Below the pieces are notes generated by a model, which was not told the DNA's origin, searched no databases, and saw only the letters and a list, made by a program, of their open reading frames with translations. The translations under genes were made by a program, and so were the position numbers. From NCBI GenBank assembly GCA_002269645.1, contig NIVC01002667.1, positions 27,795 through 91,794 of the forward strand: a DNA stretch of 64,000 nucleotides. Reading direction: 5' to 3'. Within the stretch, counting starts at the first letter, position 1. Each line of letters begins with the position of its first letter. Below are positions 12,466-31,700 of the stretch, in pieces. The stretch comes from Macrostomum lignano (taxonomy: Eukaryota).

Positions 12466-13381
12466 AGGAACAAACTAAAAAATAACTAATTCACTCACTC
12501 GCTCTTACTCACTCGCTATGTAAAGATTTACTGACATTCTCAAAAAATAGCGGAGCCTCAGTACAAAGAAAACAGCGACTATGTCATCAAAGGCAAGAAA
12601 CCCAGCGGAGGGAACAGGTGGAGGCAGACATCCTGGAGGATTGAATGGGCGCCTCTCCAGAACACCTGAGGCCTCCTTCAGTTCAGAACAGAATCCGGAA
12701 GCATTGAGTAGCGCAGAGATTCTGAGAGCTGAGTCAGGGCTCGGCCGTTTGACAAGGGATCAGCCTGAGAATCCGGAAGAGTCAGTGCGTTCGACGGTGA
12801 GGGTCTGGGAGACTCGAGACAATCTTCCCACGCCTCCTGGTCACCCGGCAACAACACTGGGGAGTGGGGGGGGGGCTTTGAAACACTAGCCTCAGCCCGG
12901 CTTGAATGTCCCAGTTCCGTGTTTATCCCTGTATTCGGTGAGTTGCCCCCCGCGCTGGGCAAGTTCCGCGGAGATTCGAATGGGAAGTGAGAAAGACAGG
13001 ATATCGGATGGGGAGACTGGCAGGCAGGCCTTTTCAGCACGTGATGCCGAATATAAAGAGACTTCGTGCGAAGAAGGAGGTTCATGACAGGGCATGGATG
13101 GCGCAAGCTGCATTCCCTTGGCTTGGGTGGTCGCATCGCCCGCTAACTATGCCACTTAGCAAAGCTGAAGTCCCTGCATGGGGGGACTGCCCCCTGCTTT
13201 GATATTCTTCACCGTGTCTCTCATCTGCCTGTCTGTCTGTCCGAGTCTTTTTCTATCTTATAGAAATTCCTTTCCAACCGGCTTTATAATGCCGATTTTC
13301 TTGTGCTGGTCAAGCTTAAAACTGATGGCCGGAAAGCTTTCCGCCAGTTTTAGTAAGAGTTTTAAGCATAGATTAGTGCTA

Positions 13382-13401
13382 GTGTCTGTCTGTCTGTCTG
13401 C

Positions 13402-13441
<40 letters not shown>

Positions 13442-13544
13442 TTGTCTGTCTGCCTGTCTGTCTGTCTGCCTGTCTGTCTGCCTGTCTGTCTGTCTGTCTG
13501 TCTGTCTGCCTGTCTGTCTGTCTGCCTGTCTGTCTGCCTGTCTA

Positions 13545-13577
<33 letters not shown>

Positions 13578-13714
13578 TTGTCTGTCTGCCTGTCTGTCTG
13601 TCTGTCTGTCTGTCTGTCTGCCTGTCTGTCTGCCTGTCTGTCTGCCTGCCTGTCTGTCTGTCTGCCTGTCTGTCTGTCTGCCTGTCTGTCTGCCTGTCTA
13701 TCTGTCTGTCTGCC

Positions 13715-13745
<31 letters not shown>

Positions 13746-13826
13746 GTCTGTCTGTCTGTCTGTCTGTCTGCCTGTGTCTGCCTGTCTGTCTGTCTTTGCG
13801 TCTGTCTGCCTGTGTCTGTCTGCCTG

Positions 13827-13884
<58 letters not shown>
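13382..13884. repeat. (CTGT)n microsatellite
   Basis: Direct reading; source of the DRQT/SVCL ORFs. Confidence 0.97.
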
Positions 13885-13885
<1 letters not shown>

Positions 13886-14338
13886 TTTACTGACATTCTG
13901 TCTGCCTGATTTACACAAACCGGTCTCCTCGCATTTCAAGAGTTGTGCAGCCACTTGAAACTTAAGACTCAGCCGTGCTGCGACCCCAGCTGATTCTGCA
14001 CCATCAGGTTGCCAGAAGTTGCCGGCAGCTGCAAGCTACAAATACGCGTAAAAAGCTCTTGAAAAGATGACAATGGAAGCTGCTGGAGGTCCACAGAAAT
14101 TTTTCCGATCCAAGCGTTTAAGAGAAGTGCTTGCGCAACAGCCTCAATCAGTGGTTGGAGAAAACTCTGAACCTTTTGACTCGGACACAGGACTTCAATA
14201 TAGGCAGGGTATGAATGCTGTAGAGGTGTTTCAATTTCCAGCTTGAAAAGCGCACTTGAATTTTGATGATGAAACTCGAATTATTAGCTCGTGTTTATTG
14301 ACCTCCGTCCTGTTTGAATCGCTGCATGAAAACCCACA

Positions 14339-14630
14339 GGCCAATTTTTGTGCACAAGCCCCAAATATCTTCGTGCAAAGCCAATTTTTGTGCACAAGCC
14401 CCAAATATCTTCGTGCAAAGCCAATTTTTGTGCACAAGCCCCAAATATCTTCGTGCAAAGCCAATTTTTGTGCACAAGCCCCAAATATCTTCGTGCAAAG
14501 CCAATTTTTGTGCACAAGCCCCAAATATCTTCGAGCAAAGCCAATTTTTGTGCACAAGCCCCAAATATCTTCGAGCAAAGCCAATTTTTGTGCACAAGCC
14601 CCAAATATCATCGTGCAACGCCGGTTTTTG
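14339..14630. repeat. Minisatellite, 40-bp unit GCCAATTTTTGTGCACAAGCCCCAAATATCTTCG(T/A)GCAAA
   Basis: About 7 near-identical copies. Confidence 0.96.
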
Positions 14631-15014
14631 TGCAAGGGATCACGGCGCGAGAGTCCAAGCTACTCCGGCCCCACCATCAGTCCCCGTTTACCCTCCCACT
14701 CTCCAGCCTTGTGAACTCTGAAGAAAAGAACTGAGGGAATACACGGAAGTGATACCTCTTGACAGAACTATAATATTTTTGCGGGGGCTATTAATTTCAA
14801 TAAGCTGTTACACTTTCTCAAATAAAAAGCGTCGCAATATTACTTCTATGTATACCACATTCGCGCAAGTACTATGTATAGAAACATGGATTGGGGGTTT
14901 GTGCATAGCTTGAACTGTTTTACAGTAATATTGAAACACTTGTACAGAGCAGCCTCGCTACCTGTACGAGTTCAACGCACACTGACAACGAAAATTATAG
15001 ATAGAAATCTGGGG

Positions 15015-15620
15015 GAAGGTCACACCCGGGTGGTGGGAGATCACACCAGGTGAGACATCAGGTGGGAGATCACACCAGGTGAGGCAAGCTGGGGGCAGGT
15101 GGGAGATCACACCAGGTGAGGCATGGGCAGGTGGGAGATCACACCAGGTGAGGCAAGCTGGGGGCAGGTGGGAGATCACACCAGGTGAGGCATGGGCAGG
15201 TGGGAGATCACACCAGGTGAGGCAAGCTGGGGGCAGGTGGGAGATCACACCAGGTGAGACATCAGGTGGGAGATCACACCAGGTGAGGCAAGCTGGGGGC
15301 AGGTGGGAGATCACACCAGGTGAGACATCAGGTGGGAGATCACACCAGGTGGGACATGGGAGCAGGTAGGAGATCACACCAGGTGAGACATGGGAGCAGG
15401 TGGGAGATCACACCCGGTGAGACATGGGAGCAGGTGGGAGATCACACCAGGTGAGACATCGGGGCAGGTGGGAGATCACACCAGGTGGGACATGGGGGCA
15501 GGTGGGAGATCACACCAGGTGAGACATCAGGTGGGAGATCACACCAGGTGAGACATCAGGTGGGAGATCACACCAGGTGAGACATGGAGGCAGGTGGGAG
15601 ATCACACCAGGTGAGACATG
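15015..15620. repeat. Minisatellite with core CAGGTGGGAGATCACACCAGGTGAG and variable spacers (about 29-38 bp)
   Basis: About 18 copies, downstream of the Lhx2/9 stop codon. Confidence 0.95.
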
Positions 15621-15734
15621 TCCCAAGCCAATCCATTAAAAACAGCCATCAAAACAAAAGCAACGTTTAAAGGAAATTTCGGAAAGTTAACGTTGATTAG
15701 CCAGCCAGCTTGTCCTCATTTGACCTCGCGCTCC

Positions 15735-22805
<7,071 letters not shown>

Positions 22806-22819
22806 TCCGACCCCCCGCG

Positions 22820-22892
22820 GCCCGCCTCATCCTTAGGGAAAAAATTGCTCAGCCAATGAAAAGCAAGCGAGTTCTCGGCCGACAGCCAATGG
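22820..22892. promoter_or_regulatory. Candidate Lhx2/9 proximal promoter: two CCAAT boxes 33 bp apart plus a GC-box-like element
   Basis: AGCCAATGA at 22851 and AGCCAATGG at 22884, CCCGCC at 22821, immediately upstream of the first coding segment. No TSS data. Confidence 0.4.
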
Positions 22893-23034
22893 GAGTTTGA
22901 GAGCGGGAGGGGATTATTCAAATTTGGGAAAGTTTGATTCCTGTCCTAAATAGAGTTCCAGCGAAACTGTGAGACTTGACTGGGGTGGTTTCAAATGGAT
23001 AGAATGGCAATGGCGGGTGTAGATTGCGAGCTTG

Positions 23035-23955
23035 GAGGGTGTGGATTGGTGGGTGTGGAGGGTGTGGATTGGTGGGTGTGGAGGGTGTAGATTGGCGGGT
23101 GTGGAGGGTGTGGATTGGTGGGTGTAGAGGGTGTAGATTGGCGGGTGTGGAGGGTGTGGATTGGTGGGTGTGGAGGGTGTGGATTGGTGGGTGTGGAGGG
23201 TGTAGATTGGCGGGTGTGGAGGGTGTGGATTGGTGGGTGTGGAGGGTGTAGATTGGCAATTGTGGAGGGTGTGGAAGGTGTAGATTGGCGGGTGGGGAGG
23301 GTATAGATTGGCGGGTGTGAAAGGTGTAGACTGTGGAAGGTGTAGACTGTGGAAGGTGTAGACTGTGGAAGGTGTAGACTGTGGAAGGTGTAGACTGTGG
23401 AAGGTGTAGACTGGCGGGTTTGTAGGGTGTAGATTGGCGGGTTTGGAAGGTGTAGATCGGCGGGTGTGGGGTGTAGATTTGCGGGTTTGGAGGGTGTAGA
23501 CTGTAGGGTTTGGAGGGTGTAGACTGTAGGGTTTGGAGGGTGTAGACTGTAGGGTTTGGAGGGTGTAGACTGTAGGGTTTGGAGGGTGTAGACTGTAGGG
23601 TTTGGAGGGTGTAGACTGTAGGGTTTGGAGGGTGTAGACTGTAGGGTTTGGAGGGTGTAGACTGTAGGGTTTGGAGGGTGTAGACTGTAGGGTTTGGAGG
23701 GTGTAGACTGTAGGGTTTGGAGGGTGTAGACTGTAGGGTTTGGAGGGTGTAGACTGTAGGGTTTGGAGGGTGTAGACTGTAGGGTTTGGAGGGTGTAGAC
23801 TGTAGGGTTTGGAGGGTGTAGACTGTAGGGTTTGGAGGGTGTAGACTGTAGGGTTTGGAGGGTGTAGACTGTAGGGTTTGGAGGGTGTAGACTGTAGGGT
23901 TTGGAGGGTGTAGACTGTAGGGTTTGGAGGGTGTAGACTGTAGGGTTTGGAGGGT
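23035..23955. repeat. G/T-rich compound minisatellite: 23-bp GGGTGTGGATTGGTGGGTGTGGA, then 16-bp GACTGTGGAAGGTGTA, then 23-bp GACTGTAGGGTTTGGAGGGTGTA
   Basis: Three successive unit types read directly. Confidence 0.95.
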
Positions 23956-24570
23956 AAAGTTTGGTGCGCATGAATGGTGCAAATAGGCTAGAAGATGAAG
24001 GTTAAGAATAAGCTGGTGATGGAGGTTGGAGTGGAGGCCTCATTAATTAAAAAACTGGACTTCACTGATCTATGAATCACAACCTCGTTGATATATAGAA
24101 TCGCAACCCCATTGATCTACAGAATCGGGCCCGCCCTCATTTATCTACGGAATCGAGCCCACCCTCATTGATCTATGGAATATATGGATCTATGAAATCG
24201 CACCTCATTGATTTATATAACTGGGCCTCATTGATCTTTAGATTCGGACTTTACAAATCGCACTACTCATAAGTAGGATAGTTGGATTTGACAACCTGCA
24301 TTAAGTAGCAATAATATATTTGTACTCATAGTAAAACACATCGAACGAAAGCGTAACATTTGGAGTGCAGGAATTTTCAGCATTGAATGCTGATCACAAA
24401 TGAATAAAATTCTTAACGGCTCGTGAAATTTGCACAGAATTTTAAGCAATCACAAAAATAGAAACTTTTAAAGCATATTTATTATAGCAGAATCTCTGGC
24501 TACCGATTTTGTTGCATTTTAACAAATTTTTCTTACAAAATCATTAAACAAGTACCATGGTACATCACAA

Positions 24571-24915
24571 GGGAGCCGTAGCCCAGCGGCCCAGGCTCGA
24601 TTCCAAGTGCAGTCACATTAATTTGGGGCTGAATTGGAATCTCGGCTTGGCTCTGCTCGTGCAATTAACGCCATTTGAGGGCCAACCCCCCCAAGGCGCA
24701 GTGAAGTGTACATGCCTAACGATAAATAAAGTTAGGGCCGCTGTACACCCCTGTGTGAGTGTGTGCCTGTGCGTATGACTGCGTACGTATCCGCGCGCTT
24801 GTGTGCCTGCTCAGGGGAGTCGGCGGAATGGGCAGCAATGCCTCTCGCCGGTTGTGCGACAATGTCGCTTAAAGTGCGCCAGGGTGCATACGGCTCCCTT
24901 GTTCCAAAATAAAAA
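24571..24915 (+). mobile_element. tRNA-derived SINE, copy 1, with a 29-bp deletion in the head
   Basis: About 320 bp highly similar to 37072-37446; B-box-like GGCTCGATTCC; A-rich tail. Confidence 0.85.
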
Positions 24916-25134
24916 GAAATGGTTTATAGCAAACTTAGCAAAACAACAGCAATAAATGAAAACACTGCACAAAGGCGAGAGGCAAGGGATAGGGGCAAAC
25001 ACAAGACAGGCGTGAACAGGCTGGCAAACAGAAATTTACAGGCAAGATTAAACAGGCGCTACGCAATAATAAAAGACAAATTATTAATAGAAAAATTTCT
25101 AACAGTAACAGGCGAAAGAATTGTTAGGAGTTGC

Positions 25135-25750
25135 CATCTCATCACCCAGCCTCCATCTCATCACCCAGCCTCCTCCATCTCATCACCCAGCCTCCTCCAT
25201 CTCATCACACAGCCTCCATCTCATCACCCAGCCTCCTCCTCCATCTCATCACCCAGCCTCCTCCATCTCATCACACAGCCTCCATCTCATCACCCAGCCT
25301 CCTCCATCTCATCACCCAGCCTACTCCATCTCATCACACAGCCTCCATCTCATCACCCAGCCTCCTCCATCTCATCACCCAGCCTCCTCCATCTCATCAC
25401 ACAGCCTCCATCTCATCACCCAGCCTCCTCCATCTCATCACCCAGCCTCCTCCATCTCATCACACAGCCTCCATCTCATCACCCAGCCTCCTCCATCTCA
25501 TCACCCAGCCTCCTCCATCTCATCACCCAGCCTCCTCCATCTCATCACCCAGCCTCCTCCATCTCATCACACAGCCTCCTCCATCTCATCACCCAGCCTC
25601 CTCCATCTTATCACCCAGCCTCCTCCATCTCATCACACAGCCTCCATCTCATCACCCAGCCTCCTCCATCTCATCACCCAGCCTCCTCCATCTCATCACA
25701 CAGCCTCCATCTCATCACCCAGCCTCCTCCATCTCATCACCCAGCCTCCG
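25135..25750. repeat. Minisatellite, 22/19-bp unit CCATCTCATCAC(C/A)CAGCCT(CCT)
   Basis: About 29 copies; overlaps the stop codon of the Cys-loop gene. Confidence 0.96.
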
Positions 25751-28700
25751 CCATCATCCGGGCGCGATCCCTCGCCGCCCAGGCCAGATAGACTGTCCAA
25801 TAGGCTGCCGCGGCCGCCGCGAAAGTCGACGCGAAGGCGACAAAAAAGACGACATCGGCGCACCGCCGCAGCCGCCGCTTCCTGTCGGCGTTGGGCGGCA
25901 CCGCCGGGCCGATGTAGCGCCTGACGGCTCGGGCCCAGGCCGTCTCGGTGCTGCGGGCCAGCTGACTGCCGCTCAGCAGCTCCCGGCCGCTGCCGCCGCC
26001 GCCGCCGCTCTCAGTCGACAAGGATGCAGTCTCTTTCCCAGCCGCGTTGGAGAGCAGAGCGGCCACGGCGAGGGCCAGGGCTCGAGTCAGGCCGGCAAAG
26101 CAAAATAGCAGGCACAGATAGAACCAGGTGTCCAAGGCTCTGCTGCCAGCTCCATAGGGTATCACCTGGTGACAATTTTGGGTCGGCTGATGATTGTGTC
26201 AGTTACTTATGACGGTTACCTCAGGACAGGTTACCTCAGGACAGGTTACCTCAGGACAGGTTACCTCAGGACAGGTTACCTCAGGACAGGTTACCTCAGG
26301 ACAGGTTACCTCAGGACAGGTTACCTCAGGACAGGTTACCTCAGGACAGGTTACCTCAGGACAGGTTACCTCAGGACAGGTTACCTCAGGACAGGTTACC
26401 TCAGGACAGGTTACCTCAGGACAGGTTACCTCAGGACAGGTTACCTCAGGACAGGTTACCTCAGGACAGGTTACCTCAGGACAGGTTACCTCAGGACAGG
26501 TTACCTCAGGACAGGTTACCTCAGGACAGGTTACCTCAGGACAGGTTACCTCAGGACAGGTTACCTCAGGACAGGTTACCTCAGGACAGGTTACCTCAGG
26601 ACAGGTTACCTCAGGACAGGTTACCTCAGGACAGGTTACCTCAGGACAGGTTACCTCAGGACAGGTTACCTCAGGACAGGTTACCTCAGGACAGGTTACC
26701 TCAGGACAGGTTACCTCAGGACAGGTTACCTCAGGACAGGTTACCTCAGGACAGGTTACCTCAGGACAGGCTACCTCAGGACAGGTTACCTCAGGACAGG
26801 TTACCTCAGGACAGGTTACCTCAGGACAGGTTACCTCAGGACAGGTTACCTCAGGACAGGTTACCTCAGGACAGGTTACCTCAGGACAGGTTACCTCAGG
26901 ACAGGTTACCTCAGGACAGGTTACCTCAGGACAGGTTACCTCAGGACAGGTTACCTCAGGACAGGTTACCTCAGGACAGGTTACCTCAGGACATGTTACC
27001 TCAGAACAGGTTACCTCAGGACAGGTTACCTCAGGACAGGTTACCTCAGGACAGGTTACCTCAGGACAGGTTACCTCAGGACAGGTTACCTCAGGACAGG
27101 TTACCTAAGGACAGGTTACCTCAGGACAGGTTACCTCAGGACAGGTTACCTCAGAACAGGTTACCTCAGGACAGGTTACCTCAGGACAGGTTACCTCAGG
27201 ACAGGTTACCTAAGGACAGGTTACCTCAGGACAGGTTACCTCAGGACAGGTTACCTCAGGACAGGTTACCTCAGAACAGGTTACCTCAGGACAGGTTACC
27301 TCAGGACAGGTTACCTCAGGACAGGTTACCTAAGGACAGGTTACCTCAGGACAGGTTACCTCAGGACAGGTTACCTCAGAACAGGTTACCTCAGGACAGG
27401 TTACCTCAGGACAGGTTACCTCAGAACAGGTTACCTCAGGACAGGTTACCTAAGGACAGGTTACCTCAGGACAGGTTACCTCAGGACAGGTTACCTCAGA
27501 ACAGGTTACCTCAGGACAGGTTACCTCAGGACAGGTTACCTCAGGACAGGTTACCTCAGGACAGGTTACCTCAGGACAGGTTACCTAAGGACAGGTTACC
27601 TCAGGACAGGTTACCTCAGGACAGGTTACCTCAGAACAGGTTACCTCAGGACAGGTTACCTCAGGACAGGTTACCTCAGAACAGGTTACCTCAGGACAGG
27701 TTACCCAAGGACAGGTTACCTCAGGACAGGTTACCTCAGGACAGGTTACCTCAGAACAGGTTACCTCAGGACAGGTTACCTCAGGACAGGTTACCTCAGG
27801 ACAGGTTACCCCAAGACTCATTGCCTAGGCCTTATTGAAGTCTTTCATTTAAAAAAAATAGCTAAGACAAAGAAATTTATTTTAATATTCAAGAAAACGT
27901 AAAGTAAACACCGGATTTTAATTAACTGTCGTCCCTTATTGGCAACTGCTCACCTCCCCTGCATCGAATTTCATCCCGCTGTGGGAGCAGATCTTGGCTC
28001 AACTTTTTGTCTAATCTGGCCAATTAAAAACTCTGTTTTAAGGAAGTTCCAGCTTGTAAACAAGTCGATCTCGAACCCGTGACTCGCTGTTTCGTCTTCA
28101 GGTTTTTCTACGAAGAACTTAAAGTTCATTCGCAATGTACAAGGAAGTCTGTTGCGATTGAAAATGCAGAAATTAGCAGATCTCCTAACTCATATTAAGT
28201 TCTGACCAGAGACAGACTAATCGACAATTTTTACGCAGTATTGCTTGGATTTTAATACCCACCATATTTTAATAATCCCACCCACCATAGTAGGATAATC
28301 TCACCCACTCTAGTTGGATAATCTCACCCAATATAGTTGGATAATCTCACCCAATATAGTTGGATAATCTCACCCAATATAGTTGGATAATCTCACCCAA
28401 TATATCTAATAGTTGGATAATTTCACCCACCCTAGTTCGATAATCTCAACCAATATTGTTGGATAATCTCACCTAATATAGTTGGATAATCTCACCCAAT
28501 ATAGTTGGATAATCTCACCCATTATAGTTGGACAATCTCACCCAATATAGTTGGATAATCTCACCCATTATAGTTGGACAAACTCACCCAATATAGTTGG
28601 ATAATCTCACCCAATATAGTTGGATAATCTCACCCAATATAGTTGGATAATCTCACCCATTATAGTTGGACAATCTCACCCAATATAGTTGGATAATCTC

Positions 28701-31700
28701 ACCCAATATAGTTGGATAATCTCACCCAATATAGTTGGATAATCTCACCCAATATAGTTGGATAATCTCACCCATTATAGTTGGACAATCTCACCCAATA
28801 TAGTTGGATAATCTCACCCAATATAGTTGGATAATCTCACCCATTATAGTTGGATAATCTCACCCAATATAGTTGGATAATCTCACCCATTATAGTTGGA
28901 TAATCTCACACACCCTTATAACCATGAGCTGAGCTGAACTGTGCGACCAATTCACCCAACAGACCCAAACAATAACTCAATATGCACCTAATAAGTACTC
29001 AAAATCAAAGTTCAAATTTGCTTTTAAACCGTTTCCATTTTAGGTAAAATGACAGATTCGTCCCGTTTTGAATAAAAAATCATTCTTCACAAGAGCAATC
29101 GACAACTATAGTAAAACAATTTTAATAAAAAGCAGAGGCGCTTAAACAAAAAGGCGTTTGTTTCCCGAGAATTTGCTATTGAATGGCGGGTGAAAATATT
29201 CTATATTTGGCCATACTGCTGGCTTGCCGGGCTGGAGGGTGAGAGGGAGAGAAGGAAGAGGCTGCAGATGGGACCGTGTCGATCCGTGCGGTCTAAAAAT
29301 AGCGACAAACCCTTCCACTTTTCTGCTCAGGCAGAAATTTCACTGAGACTGAAATTTAATCCAATTTCTCAGACTCTGGGTGAGGACTGGCTTAAGATTA
29401 TTCCGGAGAGAAGTAACTGCAACTCTTCTGGTGAAAATCGGTCAGACACTCAGGTGAGACTGGGTCAGACACTCAGGTGAGACTGGGTCAGACACTCAGG
29501 TGAGACTGGGTCAGACACTCAGGTGAGAGTGGGTCAGACACTCAGGTGAGAATGGGTCAGACACTCAGGTGAGTCTGGGTCAGACACTCAGGTGAGTCTG
29601 GGTCAGACACTCAGGTGAGTCTGGGTCAGACACTCAGGTGAGTCTGGGTCAGACACTCAGGTGAGTCTGGGTCAGACACTCAGGTGAGTCTGGGTCAGAC
29701 ACTCAGGTGAGTCTGGGTCAGACACTCAGGTGAGTCTGGGTCAGACACTCAGGTGAGTCTGGGTCAGACACTCAGGTGAGTCTGGGTCAGACACTCAGGT
29801 GAGTCTGGGTCAGACACTCAGGTGAGAATCGGTGAGACACTCAGGTGAGAATGGGTCAGACACTCAGGTGAGAATCAGTGAGACACTCAGGTGAGAATCA
29901 GTGAGGCACTCAGGTGAGAATCAGTGAGACACTCAGGTGAGAATCAGTGAGACACTCAGGTGAGAATCAGTGAGACACTCAGGTGAGAATCAGTGAGACA
30001 CTCAGGTGAGAATCAGTGAGACTCTCAGGTGAGAATCAGTGAGACACTCAGGTGAGAATCAGTGAGACTCTCAGGTGAGAATCAGTGAGACTCTCAGGTG
30101 AGAATCAGTGAGACTCTCAGGTGAGAATCGGAGACAGAGCCAAGCCACACTCACCAGGTTCACAATGGTCCACAAGAACATTTGCCCAGCCAGACACACC
30201 AGAGGCACGGCTGTCTGCACAAGGGCGCTGCCGACTCCCAGCCTGACTGACAGCCACACAGTCAGCACCATAGCAGAAGTTGGGCCATAGACGGTGGTTA
30301 CGTAATAGGCTGCGTCTCGCTTCAGCAGCACCCACAGCACTGACTGACGCAGCTTCAGGCCGTTCAGCGCCCATTCTGTGCCAACACGGTCTCCAAGGCC
30401 AACCGCTCGGCTGCCGTTGCTTAGCAACCAACGACGCTGTGCAATAATAGCAGTGTCATTGCCAATCGGGTTTGGTATTCTCAAATTGCTCATGTTTACA
30501 GCGCAGAGCTCGGTGTCCAGGGGGAACAGATGCAGCTGTGGTCGGAGGGGGCAGCTGGATTGTGGAATTCAGTGCGTATAGTGGGGTACCCGCTTCTTTA
30601 CCTGTCTCACCCATTGTCTGCCTCTCTCCCTCTCCCTCTCCCTGTCTCCTCTCCTCTCTCCCTCTCTCTCCCCCTCTCTCTCTGTCTCCCTCTCATATCC
30701 CTCTCTCCCTCTCTCTCCCTCTCTCCCTCTCTCCCTCTCTCCCTCTCTCCCTCTCTCCCTCTCTCCCTCTCATATCCCTCTCTCCCTCTCTCCCTCTCTC
30801 CCTCTCTCCCTCTCTCCCTCTCTCCCTCTCTCCCTCTCTCCCTCTCTCCCTCTCTCCCTCTCTCCCTCTCTCCCTCTCTCCCTCTCTCCCTCTCTCCCTC
30901 TCTCCCTCTCTCCCTCTCTCCCTCTCTCCCTCTCTCCCTCTCTCCCTCTCTCCCTCTCTCCCTCTCTCCCTCTCTCCCTCTCTCCCTCTCTCCCTCTCTC
31001 CCTGTCCCTCTCTCCCTGTCTCCTCTCCTCTCTCCCTCTCTCTCGCTCTCCCTCTCTTTCTCTCCCTCTCTCTCTGTCTCCCTCTCATATCCCTCTCTCC
31101 CTCTCTCCCTCTCTCCCTCTCTCCTCGTCTCCCTCTCATCTACATCTCTCTCTCTTTCTCTCTCTTTCTCCCTCTCTCTCTGTCTCCCTCTCATATCCCT
31201 CTCTCCCTTTGTCCCTCTCTCCCTGCCTCCCCCTCATTCCTCTCGCTTCCTTCTCATTCTCTTTCCTCTCACCTCTCCCATCCCACCCCTCTCCCTCTCT
31301 CACATCCAACTTCTCTCTCCCCCAACGGCCCCTTTCCCACACTCGGTTCCCTCACATTCAGGCGGCAGGCCACGGTGAGGCTGACAACTCCGGACCAGCT
31401 CGAACCGCCGGCTGCAGCAGCTGTCCAGCCTAGCCTCAGGCTAACGTTGATCGCGGTGAAATTCACTTTGTCCAAGGACTCCAGGCTAGCGACAATGCTG
31501 CCGCTGCTGACGAGGTTAACATGAAATTGCAATTATTTGAAGCAGGATTTCATAAGAAATTTATTTTCCTTAAAGTGCTCTGCTTGGCTATAAAAATACA
31601 TAAATGAAGGTCGCATACAGCGATTGTCTCAGGATAGGGATATCCTTAGGCAGATTCTGACAGACCATGGATTTCAGCCCATCTTAGCTCTCTTCTCTCC

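Noticed and set aside
26169-27902. 577-aa (YLRTG)n ORF resembling a repetitive structural protein
   Set aside because: It is the 15-bp array, antisense within an intron of the channel gene, with no synonymous variation pattern, signal peptide or own splice context.
28060-28100. Isolated B-box-like GGGTTCGAG on the minus strand
   Set aside because: No A box, stem structure or second copy in the window.
30536-30600. Apparent frameshift or in-frame TGA just upstream of the LHLFPLD segment (pseudogene or readthrough)
   Set aside because: Resolved by splicing: acceptor CCACAG at 30536 joins exon 31506-31356 and gives a canonical C-x13-C loop.
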